A DNA stretch of 62,930 bases, the filler included, from Trichomonas gallinae (taxonomy: Eukaryota): assembly GCA_008369845.1 (NCBI GenBank). It is 6 parts of 6 records of this genome, joined end to end, with 100 filler letters (N's around TTAATTAATTAA, not from the genome) between each part and the next. Parts side by side here need not be neighbours in the genome. Positions count along the whole stretch, not along the records: positions 40,359 to 54,892 come from MRSU01001626.1; positions 54,993 to 57,508 come from MRSU01001641.1; 4 more parts are not named here. The stretch is one strand, 5' to 3'. The number at the start of each line of letters is the position of its first letter. Position 1 is the stretch's first letter. Under the pieces are notes generated by a model. The model made no database searches, was not told the origin of the DNA, and saw nothing but the letters and a program-made list of their open reading frames with translations. Positions 44,789-56,993 of the stretch are shown here, in pieces. Both the position numbers and the translations under genes were made by a program.

Positions 44789-45161
44789 AAATATTCTCTA
44801 CAACTCAAGAGGATTCATCGATATATAATTATTTTCATTATTGCAGATATCATTCAAAAGTAGCCGAAAATATATTGTTTATGATGAATTTACATGACTC
44901 CTGGTTATATATTAATTTGAATTATTCGAAATATTATTTTAGATTTTAATTTCATACTACGACAATTCATTTTCTCAAAGATAACGTTTGCTTTATCGTC
45001 CTATCTTATCATTTTGTATGTAATATCTTAAAAATTTTATATTTTAATCTTTGAAGGAAATTCATTAATTGAAATTGCATGTTTGCTGGACTGTATTGTA
45101 ATACCACTTAGATATGGTTTATTTAAGATGTTGATAATATTTGTCATATAAAATAATTTAC

Positions 45162-45590
45162 ATGTCAGTTGTCAAAAAGAACAAAATGTTCGAAAATATG
45201 AAAGAACTTGAACAGATTCTTTATAACTGGGAAGAAGAACTGATAAATCAGGAAAGTTCCCTCAGTGATGTTGAAGCCGAAATCAACGCAAAAGCAGCGC
45301 TTTACAACGTGGCCGAAAATAATATTCAACAAGTCGAGGCTACACTTAATAAATTTGAGATTTTGATGCACAAGTTTGATGAAAAAGCAAATGGAATGGG
45401 CTCAGAAGGCTATCAACACGGAATTGAAGGAATCAAAGATTTATCTCGCAAAATTGACGATTTTGACGATGAAATAATGCAAATAGAATCGAAATTGATC
45501 AATGATGAAAGCCTCACTCAAAAAGAAATTACAGAATATCTTGCTTACGTTCAGGCACGCTTATGTTTATATGGTATTTATTATGGATGA
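45162..45590 (+). CDS. Coiled-coil protein, possibly Nsp1/Nup62 C-terminal-like
   Basis: LEQILYNWEEELINQE heptad pattern; start ATG 45162 or 45186. Confidence 0.5.
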   Translation: MSVVKKNKMFENMKELEQILYNWEEELINQESSLSDVEAEINAKAALYNVAENNIQQVEATLNKFEILMHKFDEKANGMGSEGYQHGIEGIKDLSRKIDDFDDEIMQIESKLINDESLTQKEITEYLAYVQARLCLYGIYYG

Positions 45591-46129
45591 TATAGATTAT
45601 AATAATTCATTCAGAAAATATGATATATTATTTCTATATTTTTCATCAATTTATATTCCAAAATTATCAAGATTCTATAGTACCACCTTGTTCTCTTTAG
45701 TCCATTACATGTTTATTATCAAAATTTCAACACAAAATTAAAAAATATTATCAAAAAAAAATTTATTGACGAAGATACAGATCTCTGTTTACTAAGTAGC
45801 AATTATTATATTGTATTTTGTATTTATATTATAAATATTATTGTTTCAATTTGAAATATTTTTACAATATAAAGATTAATTTAAAAATAATGTATTTAAG
45901 TAACTTTTCTCATATATATACATGCTTATAATGTATGAGTCAGTATAACAAACATCATTTTCCAAAGATTTGATTTTGATAACAATTTGATTAACATGAA
46001 AGAAGATAAAATTATCCTTCTTCCAAATACATTACTTCGATAATTATCATATATATAATTAATTTAGCAATTGTAATAAATGGATAGAAATAATTTATAT
46101 AACAAACAAAAATATAGTAGTAGTAAGGC

Positions 46130-48718
46130 TCAGACACTGAATCCGAAAGGTCTTTCTCCATTCTGCTTAACAATGCAGAAAGGACGGTTAACTTCTGTCA
46201 TCAAGTCAAGCTGTGCCATGTACAAGTTCTTAGAAACACCAGGCGGCCTGTTCGGAATCAGCATGAAAATCGAGGCTGCATGAGACGAATAAGTTCTGAC
46301 TAAATCAGCTGTCAGCAGCGATCGCTTAATCTCCAGGTTATCTTCGTAATTGCTGTCTTCTCCGACAGCGCTGCAAATTTCCTGCCATCTTTGTACTGTC
46401 ATTGGAGTAGGATCATCCATAGAAACAGACGTCTGAAGTGTCATAATATCTGCCGAAATTCTGAAAGCGTACATAATATCTGCCAACTTATGTTCTTCTT
46501 CGTCAGCTTCTGCGCCGGCGTCAATGTCAGCTATAGTTATGATTCTCAATGATGTATTCTTCTTCCATCTTGGAGACTTCGACAGCAAGAAAGCTAAAAT
46601 TAAAGTGAAACCACTTCCGTTGATGTTCCACCAGACATCTATGAAACCTGGATGGATTTCGCTGAGTAGATTAACGTGTCTGACAACGAAAGCGTTTAAA
46701 ACTGCTTCTTCTGCAATATCTAATGATTTAATGTACTCTCCAGCAGGAATGTCTACGTATGAGGCTTCTTTCCAGTCTTCAGGGAAAACAAGACATAATG
46801 TGTTTGGTCTCATTCTTCCGATTCCCATCATAAGAATCAAATCAGTGACGCCTTCAACGAATGTTTTTGCTGTTGTCACATCATAGAACATCTTATAACC
46901 ATCTGATGTCGTCAGATAAGTGGACTCTCGCTCACTGACTAGTTGCATGAAATCGAAATTAGATGCTTCGTCAACAATGTGGACTCTTCCCACAGCTGCC
47001 ATTCCGTTGTGATGCAGCAGCATGTTCAAAAAGTCGATCGTCTGATGCCTTTGATCAGGATGTAGAGTTGTAATGAGCATAATGTTGGGTCTGAACGTCT
47101 TGGGATGAGGCTGGACGTGGTAAAGGTTGAGCTCTTCTTTGAGTGTCTGGTAGAATGTTTTGGATTGAGTGACAGTTCCCCAATGGTCCTCGATTTTGCG
47201 GTACTTGAAGATCATATAGAATATTATAGACAAAGCAACGCATGGGATGGCAATAATCCACTTAATTACGAACATTCTGACAATACACAAAATTGCGCAA
47301 ATTAGTGAAAGCCATTTGGAATAGAACTTGAATGAAGGCCTAAAACCTGGGTAGTGGGCTGTCGCTGCTGTCCAAACTGTGTAATTAACTAATGAAAACG
47401 GAAGCAAGAAGAAAATGTTCGTGATGTATGTCATCATGTCTGATGAGTCTATGACAGAGAAAAGGAGTGAAATAATCAGCTGGAAAATGTGTCCCCACAT
47501 GATTTCACCTTTTACTCTCCATTTTGAGAAGAATTTGGGTAACAAGCTGTCCTGACACATGGCTGATATAATACGACTGCCTCCTGTGTGCATTGTCATT
47601 GATCCACCGAAACAAGCCGCAATAAATCCGATATATGAAATAATTGGAACGGCGGAAATTCTAAGTGCAGAGAATTTGTCGTGTTCGGCTTTGTAGTCGA
47701 GTGAGCATGCTTCTAAGAGAAAAGCGAAGATTAATAAAACTGATGAAATTAACATCGCGATAAAACCTCCAAGAGGAATGGCTCTACGCGGAGGGTTGAG
47801 GTTACCACTGAAATTAGCGCAAGTCATGATCGCATTTGAAGCAGGGAAAAGAATTCCAAAAATTGCCAAAATTCCGTGTTCTCCTACGTGTTGGAGGCCA
47901 AAATTGTTTCTCAATGTCGTGATGGATGGTCCAGTAAAGAAATCTATTGTATGTGGCTTTCTTGAGAAAAATCCAACATAAAAAACTAAAACTCCACCGA
48001 CAAGCAATACAAATAATGCAACCATTAAGTAGAAAATAGTCTTGATACCGAACATTGACACAATGAAAAGAATCACGTTAAAGATTACTTGCCATAATGT
48101 TCGATCCCATCTTGTTGACTTAGTTAAGACCTTTGGCTCATAGAAATTGATAATAAGAGAGGATGCGTAAGACAATCTGAATGAAATTGCTGTCGTATGT
48201 GCAATAACAAGAATTAATCCAGTAGCACCTCCAATTTCTGGTCCTAATGTGCGAGAGAGCAGATAATACAAACCGCCATCACGCATATCTCCATTTGTTG
48301 ATATCACGCACAAGCTAATTAAAGTAACATAAGACATCGCGTGAGATGCGAAGAGAAACAAAGAAGCAAGTCCCCATCCTATGGTTTGTATTGATCTATG
48401 AATGTCAACGAAGAAAGTAACGCACACTAAATTCAAAAACATTGGCACGAAAACTCCAATAAACCATTGAAATTGTTCTCTTTCAGCTTCTCGTTCGTAA
48501 TGAACACTTGGTTGTCTGTCTGCCTGTGTGCTGGGCTGTCTTTGCTGTCTGATATCATCGATTGTCGGTCTATTGTGTGGTTTGCGATATAAAATTGTGT
48601 CTGGCTTCGTATCATGTTCATCCAAAAAGGCAACATTCGACTGGCTGCGGGGCATCGTTCGTACTACAGTTGGCTTGACTTCTGTTTGCCGGTCGTCTAA
48701 AGGAATTTCATCGGTCAT
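46130..48718 (-). CDS. Cation-chloride cotransporter (SLC12, APC superfamily)
   Basis: STNG...GGLYYLLSRTLGPEIGG, SGNL..P..AIPLG, PGFRPSFKFY, KTFRPNIML, GIGRMRPNTL, IDVWW. Confidence 0.93.
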   Translation of the reverse strand: MTDEIPLDDRQTEVKPTVVRTMPRSQSNVAFLDEHDTKPDTILYRKPHNRPTIDDIRQQRQPSTQADRQPSVHYEREAEREQFQWFIGVFVPMFLNLVCVTFFVDIHRSIQTIGWGLASLFLFASHAMSYVTLISLCVISTNGDMRDGGLYYLLSRTLGPEIGGATGLILVIAHTTAISFRLSYASSLIINFYEPKVLTKSTRWDRTLWQVIFNVILFIVSMFGIKTIFYLMVALFVLLVGGVLVFYVGFFSRKPHTIDFFTGPSITTLRNNFGLQHVGEHGILAIFGILFPASNAIMTCANFSGNLNPPRRAIPLGGFIAMLISSVLLIFAFLLEACSLDYKAEHDKFSALRISAVPIISYIGFIAACFGGSMTMHTGGSRIISAMCQDSLLPKFFSKWRVKGEIMWGHIFQLIISLLFSVIDSSDMMTYITNIFFLLPFSLVNYTVWTAATAHYPGFRPSFKFYSKWLSLICAILCIVRMFVIKWIIAIPCVALSIIFYMIFKYRKIEDHWGTVTQSKTFYQTLKEELNLYHVQPHPKTFRPNIMLITTLHPDQRHQTIDFLNMLLHHNGMAAVGRVHIVDEASNFDFMQLVSERESTYLTTSDGYKMFYDVTTAKTFVEGVTDLILMMGIGRMRPNTLCLVFPEDWKEASYVDIPAGEYIKSLDIAEEAVLNAFVVRHVNLLSEIHPGFIDVWWNINGSGFTLILAFLLSKSPRWKKNTSLRIITIADIDAGAEADEEEHKLADIMYAFRISADIMTLQTSVSMDDPTPMTVQRWQEICSAVGEDSNYEDNLEIKRSLLTADLVRTYSSHAASIFMLIPNRPPGVSKNLYMAQLDLMTEVNRPFCIVKQNGERPFGFSV

Positions 48719-49239
48719 TTTATTTTATGGAGGGTCTGTGATAATTAAACAGGGGATTTTATCGCTAAAAAATGACAATTTAAATAAACATGAAATTTAT
48801 ATAGTTTTCGTGTTATATATTCTATATTTTAAGTTTTTCGACCAATTCATTGATTTTTAAAAATTCAAAAATTAATAAAGCATAGCAGCCTTCAAAACTC
48901 TAAATATATTCTTGATACATTGTATACATAACATTTTTACTTCTCATTTTGATCAAATTCAATTAGAATAATAAAATTTTAATATCTCAAAAAACTAAAG
49001 CGATTTCAATCAAGTCCTAACTAAAATATTAAATTTTATATCGATATATTGTTATAAATTTCAATGTTTAGCCCATAAAAATAATATTGAAAAATTTGAT
49101 AAATTATTCAATCGAAATGTTAAAAAAATGAATCATAAAATATACTATTCTTGTTGATGAAAAGAATTTTGTAGTATCAATTTGTGATTAAATAGAATTA
49201 ATCAAGAAAAAAAAATTAAAAAATTAAAAAGTTGTCTAT

Positions 49240-50010
49240 TTAGTGGCCAAGGATTGGCATATCATGTATAAACAGGTCATGTTCGAGATTTGTCAGCATA
49301 AACTGGCTGATATCATCTCTGCTGACATAAGGATTAGTTAAGTTTTCGCCGTGTGTGATTAACAATCTACTTAGTGTGACATCATCTGTTGGCTTGTAGA
49401 AACGGACAACTGTGTAGTTTAATGATGACTTTTGTGCATCTTCGGCCATTTTGATGTGTTCTTGATTTGTGTATGGATAAAACTTGTCCATATACATTTT
49501 GTAGACGCTTGTATAAAGATTGAGCTTGTCTCCCATGAATTCATAAGCTGGTGATGATAAAGTGATAAATCTGGAAATGTTGGACTGCTCAGCAGCTAAA
49601 ATGATGTTCTTGTGGCCGTCTGAGACACTTTCTGGAAGCGGAACTTTAGAAAATTCTGGTCCGATGCAAGAAATAACAGCTGACGAGTTAAACATAGCGT
49701 CTTTGATCTTGTCCATGTCATTGAGTGTGCCTGTAACAATTCTGAGTCTTGGATGTCTTCTTTCGACTTTTGAAATATTTCTAACGTAAGCAGTGACGTT
49801 GAAACCATATGCGAGAGCGTTTCTGACAACGAGCTTGCCAATTCCTCCAGTTGCCCCAAACACAGTAATTGTTCTATTCTTTCCGTTTGGAATATAATCT
49901 CTAAACATGTAGTATTCGAAGTAATCATACTTAGGTGGAACAACCTCATAGTATATCGTTGCGATGGCAATGGACAAAAAGATTCCAGCAATAATCCTTC
50001 CCTCCCACAT
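49240..50010 (-). CDS. NAD(P)-binding flavin reductase/NmrA-like oxidoreductase with N-terminal membrane anchor
   Basis: ITVFGATGGIG Rossmann motif, VTAYVRN, LNYTVVR, VSRDDIS. Confidence 0.85.
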   Translation of the reverse strand: MWEGRIIAGIFLSIAIATIYYEVVPPKYDYFEYYMFRDYIPNGKNRTITVFGATGGIGKLVVRNALAYGFNVTAYVRNISKVERRHPRLRIVTGTLNDMDKIKDAMFNSSAVISCIGPEFSKVPLPESVSDGHKNIILAAEQSNISRFITLSSPAYEFMGDKLNLYTSVYKMYMDKFYPYTNQEHIKMAEDAQKSSLNYTVVRFYKPTDDVTLSRLLITHGENLTNPYVSRDDISQFMLTNLEHDLFIHDMPILGH

Positions 50011-50291
50011 TAAAAATTTTGTTTATTTAGGGTCTTAAATCGTGTCGCCCCCCAAATAATTTTCTTACATTCGTTATTTTTTAAAACTCAATTTCAAGCC
50101 TTATCACCTATACCACAGTATAACCAACATCAAATGTCACTAACTATCTAAATATTTTTAATAAATAATAAAATCAAAATTAGAATTTGTTTTTGGTAAA
50201 TTTTAGGTTGTGGTTTGTTTATTTATTTAAAAGTATAAAAATAAAATCAAATATTTTATTGGCGGTAAAACACAAATTTTTTTTATAAAAT

Positions 50292-53099
50292 CTAATTGCT
50301 TTCGTTTTCGAAAGATGGGAAGCAATCTTCCTCCTTAACATTTCTCATCTGGGCGATGATCTCCTTAGTCTTCTCTCCGATCTCGGCTTTCTCTGCTTCG
50401 ACAATTATTTCGTCGATTAAGCGCTTATCTTTGAGTCCGAGTGTCCAAGCATATATAACTGCCTGGCATGCTTTGATGGAATCGTTTGTCTTGAAGCATA
50501 ACAATGCGCAGTAGCCCCATGTGACTGCGTTCCATCTGTCTAACTCGCTCGCGCGGACGAAGCATGCATCAGCTTCGGTGTATTCTTCCATTCTGAAGCA
50601 GCAGACACCTAAAGCGAGCCATGCCAAAACATCGTCGATCTTCTGGACTGTGAACATCAAGAGATCATAAGCAGCTGCATATTCTCCATCTTTGACCTTG
50701 ATCAAAGCGAGCTTGAGGCATGACGGTGGATCAGGATCGTCTGATAAAGTTAAGAGAGATGTGAAAGATGCCTTAGCTTTGTCAAACATTCCAGATTCGA
50801 ACTGGAACTCGCCGAGCATCCTCCAGACAGACAGATCTTCTTGGTCCATCTCTATTGCCTCCTTGAGGTACTCCTGGGCGCGCTGTGGGTCGCCTGTCAA
50901 CTGAGAAAACTTCGCCAAGAGGATCAATAGCTCTTTCGATCTCTGGCCTTGAGTTCTCTCTTTAGACAGAGCCATCTCGCTGACGAATGTGTCATGTACA
51001 TCAATCAGCGATGATGCAGCGATGAGATATGGAGAGCGGTTGAGTGACTGAGCCATGTTTGAGATCTTTGCGAGGAATTCATCGCATTTTGATGATTCGA
51101 GCAAAGTGTAAACTAATGATTGGCAAACAGTAATTGTTGGATCTGTTGGCATTTCATTGCCGAGCATGTCTAATAGCACCAAAGCATCGCTCTTGTTTCC
51201 ATTCTTGACAAGCAATGAGCAGAATCCTAAAATTGCTGCTTTGAAGTGGTAATCAATTGAAATTGCGCGCGCGAAGTTATCCAATGCTTTCTCGTCCTTG
51301 ATGTCGCTGAGATATAAAGCGTATTCATACGGCCACTGTGGGTTGAGTGGGTCTAGCTCGCATCTCTTCTGGTGGAGCATGCCTAAGTCGTCTGTCTTGA
51401 AGAGTTTCTGCGATGCGATTCTCCTCGTCAATGTGTCAATGTCCATTTCTGGTGGAGGAGGAGCAGCTGATGGAAAAGTGAGCTTAAATCTCTGGTTGAT
51501 GACTTTGTTGAGATGAAGAATGAGATATGACCTCAGCTCCGATATAAAGGCGCTGTTGATGTTGTCGCATTTTGTTTCTGTTTTCGCTTCATCGTCCTTC
51601 TTCGCGTTGACTGATGGCTCTGGTTTGTTCATGTAAACTTGCTGCACGACGTCGATGACTGAAGGCTTCAGCTGCTCCTTGATGATGTTCTTGAGCTCCT
51701 CAGGATTGGTGCAGTCTGAGAGCTGGTTGATGGCGAGGTTGATCTGCCTGCAGAACTCTTTTGTGGCGTTCGCAAGTCTGTTCGCGTGCATCTTTGGAAG
51801 AGGCCTGACAACTTCTTCCGGTGGTTTGCTTTCTATTGGTGTAGAAGAGCGAGGAACGAGTGGGCGCGATAAAGCGAGCTCTATCCTGATCTGTGTGGCT
51901 GACTCCTTGAAGACGTCTGCGTCGCCGATGGACTGGAAAACAGACTGAATTGTCTGGAGGAGTTTTTTGTCTTTCGCTGACAATGCTTTCGCTTTTTTAG
52001 CTGCTGCGCCTGCTGCTCCGTTCTTTGTCTTCGCAGAGCTGCGGGAGGAAGGAAGGCCCTTCTTCGCGACAACTTTGCGGCGGCCTGTCGGATCCACTGG
52101 CTCCTCTGGGAAGCCGTTTGGCAAAGCGTTCGGCATCGGTGGATCTTCGACTGAATATTTCGAATCTGTGACGAGCTGTGCCTGCCCAAGGAAGTGGGAG
52201 CGTCCGGCCTTGGAGAACTGTGAGAATGGAATCTCAGCACGAGCAAAAAGCTTGTCGTATTGATTTGGTGTTAATCCTAAAGGCTGCAAAAGTGGCGTTA
52301 ATTCTGGTATGAGGTATATTGAGATGTTTTCCTCCTTTTCTGCCGTCTCTTTCCACTTCGCAAACTCGTCTGGGCCGACATAAAACTTCAAGGGATTTGA
52401 GAAAACGATTTGAGCGTCTGAACCATCTGGATTTGTAGCGTTCAACTTGCCATTGTCCATGAAAATGACCTGGCCGTCTGGCAAAGTGCCGCATAAAATA
52501 TATGAGAAAATATGGGTTCCGAAATTATTTGGAGTAGCATTTGAGTTGACAACAGCCTGTGGCAAAGCTGAAACCGGTGAAAGATTTAACGAAGCGATTA
52601 AAGTTTGTTCAAAATCTTCTGGCTCGATAATAGGGGAATCCCAGGCGAAGTTGATTGATGCTTTAATTCCCTCGGCCGGTAAAATCTGTGCGCCATCTGG
52701 CAAAACAGTTCCATCTAAAATAGCTGTGTAAGATGTAACGTATAATAATTGATCGAAGCCAAAAGTGAATTTAACGACTTGATTTGTGCGCTTGAAGTCT
52801 TGTGTGCAGACGTAGACAAAGAATTCGAGTGGAGCTTGAAGTAATGCGTTAATTGTAGAATTTGGATAAAACTTAATATCGAAAGTTTCAGTAAAATCAA
52901 ACGTAATTTTCGGTGCTGGTGGTACCAGTGGACTTAACATATCCAATTGATGACCTGGAAATAGAATTGAAACTCCAATTTGTTGATTTCCGAGCTCGGT
53001 ACCGAAATTGAGGCCCTCAATAGACTTAATTGTCACTGTTAACTTGTGCTCTTGAGGCTCAATAAGTGGGAGAGGCTCCGCTGATGAATTTTCTGTCAT
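50292..53099 (-). CDS. CFAP70: TPR-repeat axonemal protein, CFAP70 (TTC18)-like
   Basis: C2-like N-terminus, Lys-rich linker, IELALSRPLVP motif, C-terminal TPRs (LAWLALGVCCFR...AVTWGY). Confidence 0.6.
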   Translation of the reverse strand: MTENSSAEPLPLIEPQEHKLTVTIKSIEGLNFGTELGNQQIGVSILFPGHQLDMLSPLVPPAPKITFDFTETFDIKFYPNSTINALLQAPLEFFVYVCTQDFKRTNQVVKFTFGFDQLLYVTSYTAILDGTVLPDGAQILPAEGIKASINFAWDSPIIEPEDFEQTLIASLNLSPVSALPQAVVNSNATPNNFGTHIFSYILCGTLPDGQVIFMDNGKLNATNPDGSDAQIVFSNPLKFYVGPDEFAKWKETAEKEENISIYLIPELTPLLQPLGLTPNQYDKLFARAEIPFSQFSKAGRSHFLGQAQLVTDSKYSVEDPPMPNALPNGFPEEPVDPTGRRKVVAKKGLPSSRSSAKTKNGAAGAAAKKAKALSAKDKKLLQTIQSVFQSIGDADVFKESATQIRIELALSRPLVPRSSTPIESKPPEEVVRPLPKMHANRLANATKEFCRQINLAINQLSDCTNPEELKNIIKEQLKPSVIDVVQQVYMNKPEPSVNAKKDDEAKTETKCDNINSAFISELRSYLILHLNKVINQRFKLTFPSAAPPPPEMDIDTLTRRIASQKLFKTDDLGMLHQKRCELDPLNPQWPYEYALYLSDIKDEKALDNFARAISIDYHFKAAILGFCSLLVKNGNKSDALVLLDMLGNEMPTDPTITVCQSLVYTLLESSKCDEFLAKISNMAQSLNRSPYLIAASSLIDVHDTFVSEMALSKERTQGQRSKELLILLAKFSQLTGDPQRAQEYLKEAIEMDQEDLSVWRMLGEFQFESGMFDKAKASFTSLLTLSDDPDPPSCLKLALIKVKDGEYAAAYDLLMFTVQKIDDVLAWLALGVCCFRMEEYTEADACFVRASELDRWNAVTWGYCALLCFKTNDSIKACQAVIYAWTLGLKDKRLIDEIIVEAEKAEIGEKTKEIIAQMRNVKEEDCFPSFENESN

Positions 53100-53675
53100 T
53101 TGAGGTCAAATTGGGGAAAATACGTTATTTTTTTAAACGAAATTTATTTTTGTTTTAAAAACTGTTTTTTATTATATACATATGTTATTTAGTTCATATT
53201 TAATGTTAAAATTCTTTTTTGCGAAAAAGTGAATGAAAATATTGGAAATATTGATAGAAATCTATTTGCAATTCAACTTAACTCTTTGATATCTATATAT
53301 ATGCATGCTTATTTTGAGCTTAACATCAATTTGATTTGATGAAACTTGAATTTAGATCTTTTGTATATTATGAATACAACATTATACTATTCTATATAGT
53401 AAAAATCATATTTGTTTTAATAGAATTCGATGAAATCAAAAAAATCATTTAATTTTTCAAAAATCCTTTAAAACTATTGGATAAAATGAAATAATTGCTC
53501 TATTTAATGATTACAATAGACAAAAAGCTGAAATCAAAAAAAATTAAAAATTTAATTTTATTATAAAGTTTGATAGCTGGGAATGTAATCATTTGATGGA
53601 ACAAAGGATTGAGTAAAAACAAAATGATTTAAAAAAAAATATTTTTGTAAATTATCATCAACAACACTTATAAAT

Positions 53676-54341
53676 CTATTTATTATTATTACTATTATTA
53701 TTTTGGTACTTAAAAACAAAATCCCAAAGCTGCGAAACTTGTTCTGGAGTAATATCAGATAATTCAACTGTTTGATTTGAACCAGTTTGTTGAACATTCA
53801 AAATCTTTGCAACTTCTGGCGAGTTCGCTTCTGTTATGACGTCATTAAGGCGATCTGCCAGCAAAGATAAAACTGGTTCTTCGAAAGCTTTACCTACCTT
53901 CGTAAAATCTGTAAGTTCCGGCATATCTTTATCATTAGTTATCTTTTCGCGCAAAATCATTAAATACTGTGAGTAATAATAAGCGACATTAGATGTTCTC
54001 TCGAAACGATTCTTGTATTCTTTCTCTAATTCTTTTTTGAGATATTTAGCGATGCATACGAACAGTGGGCCGTTTCTTTGCGAGTGGTATGCGATTGCAT
54101 TATCATAAATAAGCATAAAATCGGCCAAAAATTCCTTCTGTGTTTGGTATTTGCCATGGCTCAAGTTGTCTTTCACTGTCATTATGCAGAGAGGATTTTT
54201 AACAATTGATCTGTAATCTTCCTCCAACTGCGCATCGTTAAACTCGACGGGATTCGTGAAATAATAGGTCAGAGGGTTTTTGCGGCACGCTTCTATAAGA
54301 TCGTTGCATTTTTGGACCCACCGACTCTTGCTTGAGCTCAT
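53676..54341 (-). CDS. Bromodomain protein with ET-like C-terminus
   Basis: FTNPV...DYRSIVKNPL...Y...EFLADFMLIYDNAIAY; VELSDITPEQVSQLWDFV. Confidence 0.9.
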   Translation of the reverse strand: MSSSKSRWVQKCNDLIEACRKNPLTYYFTNPVEFNDAQLEEDYRSIVKNPLCIMTVKDNLSHGKYQTQKEFLADFMLIYDNAIAYHSQRNGPLFVCIAKYLKKELEKEYKNRFERTSNVAYYYSQYLMILREKITNDKDMPELTDFTKVGKAFEEPVLSLLADRLNDVITEANSPEVAKILNVQQTGSNQTVELSDITPEQVSQLWDFVFKYQNNNSNNNK

Positions 54342-54353
54342 TTTCTATGGACT

Positions 54354-54361
54354 GTCACTTT
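54354..54361 (-). promoter_or_regulatory. M2 motif AAAGTGAC
   Basis: 12 nt upstream of the bromodomain gene ATG. Confidence 0.55.
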
Positions 54362-54892
54362 TTGTTCCAAAATGTTTTCATTTTTCTCACTTATTTGCTG
54401 GGAATATCACAACAAAACCATGATTTTTGTTATTAGATCATTTTATTCCAGTGTTATATATGATTTGTTATATTATTTCAAAAATATTTACGAGAATTTA
54501 TGTATATCAAGACTTGGTTCTTGTGTATTTAAGAGATCTCAAGAAGTTTTTAAAATTATTATTTAGAAAATTATAGATTCCTAAACATTGAAGCAGAACA
54601 AAGCAAATTGGAAATATTTGTCATGTAAAATGGATATTTGTTATGTAAACACATTATTTTGTCAAATAAAAAAATATTTTGACATCATCTTCCATCCTAC
54701 TATATAATGATCTATACCAAAATGTCCGGGATGAAATATCAGATTTCACTTCTTGTCTGTTACTTTAGTATCAAGTACTGTATAAATAGAGAGAATGAAG
54801 AATTTTCATCAGATAGAAGTGTTTCAACTCGCTTTCTGGCTTTATAATAGGATTTGAGATCTCAAAGTTATAAAATATCATTTTTATGTCCA

Positions 54893-54992
54893 NNNNNNNN
54901 NNNNNNNNNNNNNNNNNNNNNNNNNNNNNNNNNNNNTTAATTAATTAANNNNNNNNNNNNNNNNNNNNNNNNNNNNNNNNNNNNNNNNNNNN
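54893..54992. other. Assembly linker
   Basis: N44-TTAATTAATTAA-N44. Confidence 0.97.
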
Positions 54993-55369
54993 GCTCCTAC
55001 ATGTTCAGTACCCCCATTAATTTAGTGTTACCCCCTTTTTTATAAAAATTGAATAGTTGAGCCATCCCTTAATAAACATTTCAAAATCATCAAAATCTTT
55101 TTTGAAAAATGCAACATTTTTTTACATGTCATTATTTTCTCGATTTTTGACATGTAAACTATCACTTTTTCTCTAATTTTCTCTTTAAAATAATGACTTT
55201 TCAGTTAAAATTGTCCACTAGATTAGAGCATTGGTCAAATATTGATAAGAGCAACAAGTTTGATGAAAATAGGCTATAATAATCAAACATAGAAAGGTTT
55301 AATATATCAGTTCATTACAAGATACATGAATGAAGCAAAACTTAAAAATCATTCAACCAAATGTGATGA

Positions 55370-56700
55370 TCAAACAGATTTTGAGCTAATTCCACCAGAT
55401 TTGCGAAGGATTTGGCTTATAGCTTTATTTTCAGCAATGTATAAGACTGTTTGATTATCTTTATTTTTGGCATTACCTTCTCTTTCATTTACATCAAATC
55501 TACAATTCGAAAGAAGAAAATCGACGATTTCATAATTATTATAGTAAGCAGATATCATTAATGGAGTATTACCATCTCTATCCCTAACATTTAAATCAAT
55601 TCCGTCAGCTTCGAGAAGGAATTTGAGGACTACTGTATTGCCATTGCGTGAAGCGAGTGTTAAGTCTGTTTCACCTTGACTGCGCTTACATCAAGATTAT
55701 CTGAATATTGGAGGATGAATCTTGCAATTCCAGTATGACCTTCGGATAAAGCAAGCATTAAGGCTGTGTTCCCGTTTTTGTTTCTTCCATTTACATCAAT
55801 CTCATCAACTCTAAGCATCCTCTGAATGAAGCACGCATTAAAGCTGTTTCAATATTATTATCTTTTACGTTTATATCGATTCCATCAACTTCGATGAGTA
55901 CTTTTATAATATGTAATTTATAATCGGCTGCAGCAAGAGTTAAAGTTGTTTTGTTATTATATTTTGCATTTAAGTCGATTCCTTCATGAGGAGCTAGAAG
56001 GATTTCTATAATTGCAGGTTCAAAATCCTTGTATGATGCGTACATTAAGGCTGCAATACCATGACTTTCTTTTGCATTTACATCAATTCCATCAACAGAG
56101 AGAAGAAGTACGACAATTTCATGATCGCTTTGTTTTGTTGCACATATTAAAGCTGTTTCCATGGCATTATTTTTTGCATTTACATCAATATCATCTTCCA
56201 AGAGAAGGAGTTCGACAATTGCTTTACAATTATCAAGGCTGTATTACCAAACGAATTCAGCAATATCAATACAATCATTTTAAATTGCAGTAACGATTAA
56301 ACTTTGACAGCTTTTAACGCGTTAAAATCTGGCGGTCGTTGATCATCATCATGTTCAAGAATTAGATTCATCTACCCAAGTTCCAGGATCTTTTGGAGAG
56401 AAAAAGCAAGTGATATTCGCTTGTATGTCAATTAATAAATCCAACAATTCGTAATCATTGGTTTTTGCTGCAAAACTAACTGATCATTACTATATTTTCG
56501 AGAGTGTGAACCAACTCGAAATTTCCTGATTGGACAGCGCATTTTGTTGATTTATTTTCGAGTTTTACTTCAATCAGCAAAATAAACTTTACGACGTGAA
56601 CTGAGCCAAATTTTAATGCTATTTTTGTCATATGTGATGCATAACTTATAAATTTCCATCATCATTAAATCAAATATAAATCTCAGAGATTTCGTTGTAT
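55370..56700 (-). pseudogene. Frameshifted DUF3447/ankyrin-repeat pseudogene
   Basis: Ankyrin repeats (IDVNAK...TAL) spread over several frames with stops; upstream remnant ALKFGSVHVVKFIL...AVQSGNFELVH. Confidence 0.85.
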
Positions 56701-56993
56701 CCCAAGGATTTCTCGAGTAAATTTTATAACAACGTGCATAAGAATGGTATCATATAAAAGCGAATTTTTTTGACATATAAATCGTTTTTGACAAGTAATC
56801 CAAAATTGGTCAAAACAGTTTTTTTACGCAACGAATATGCCTGTGCAGCTTTGATGTTGGCATCAAGAAAAAGTCATCATGCTGTAGTCATACACATTCT
56901 CGAAATTCTCAAATAATTGTCAAGGCAATATTGAATCTACACTAGAATAAGCAGACTAGGACATCGTTGTTATAGCATAGTGGGATATATGTT

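Noticed and set aside
51298..52731. Several plus-strand ORFs inside the TPR gene
   Set aside because: Antisense ORFs caused by GC-rich codon usage
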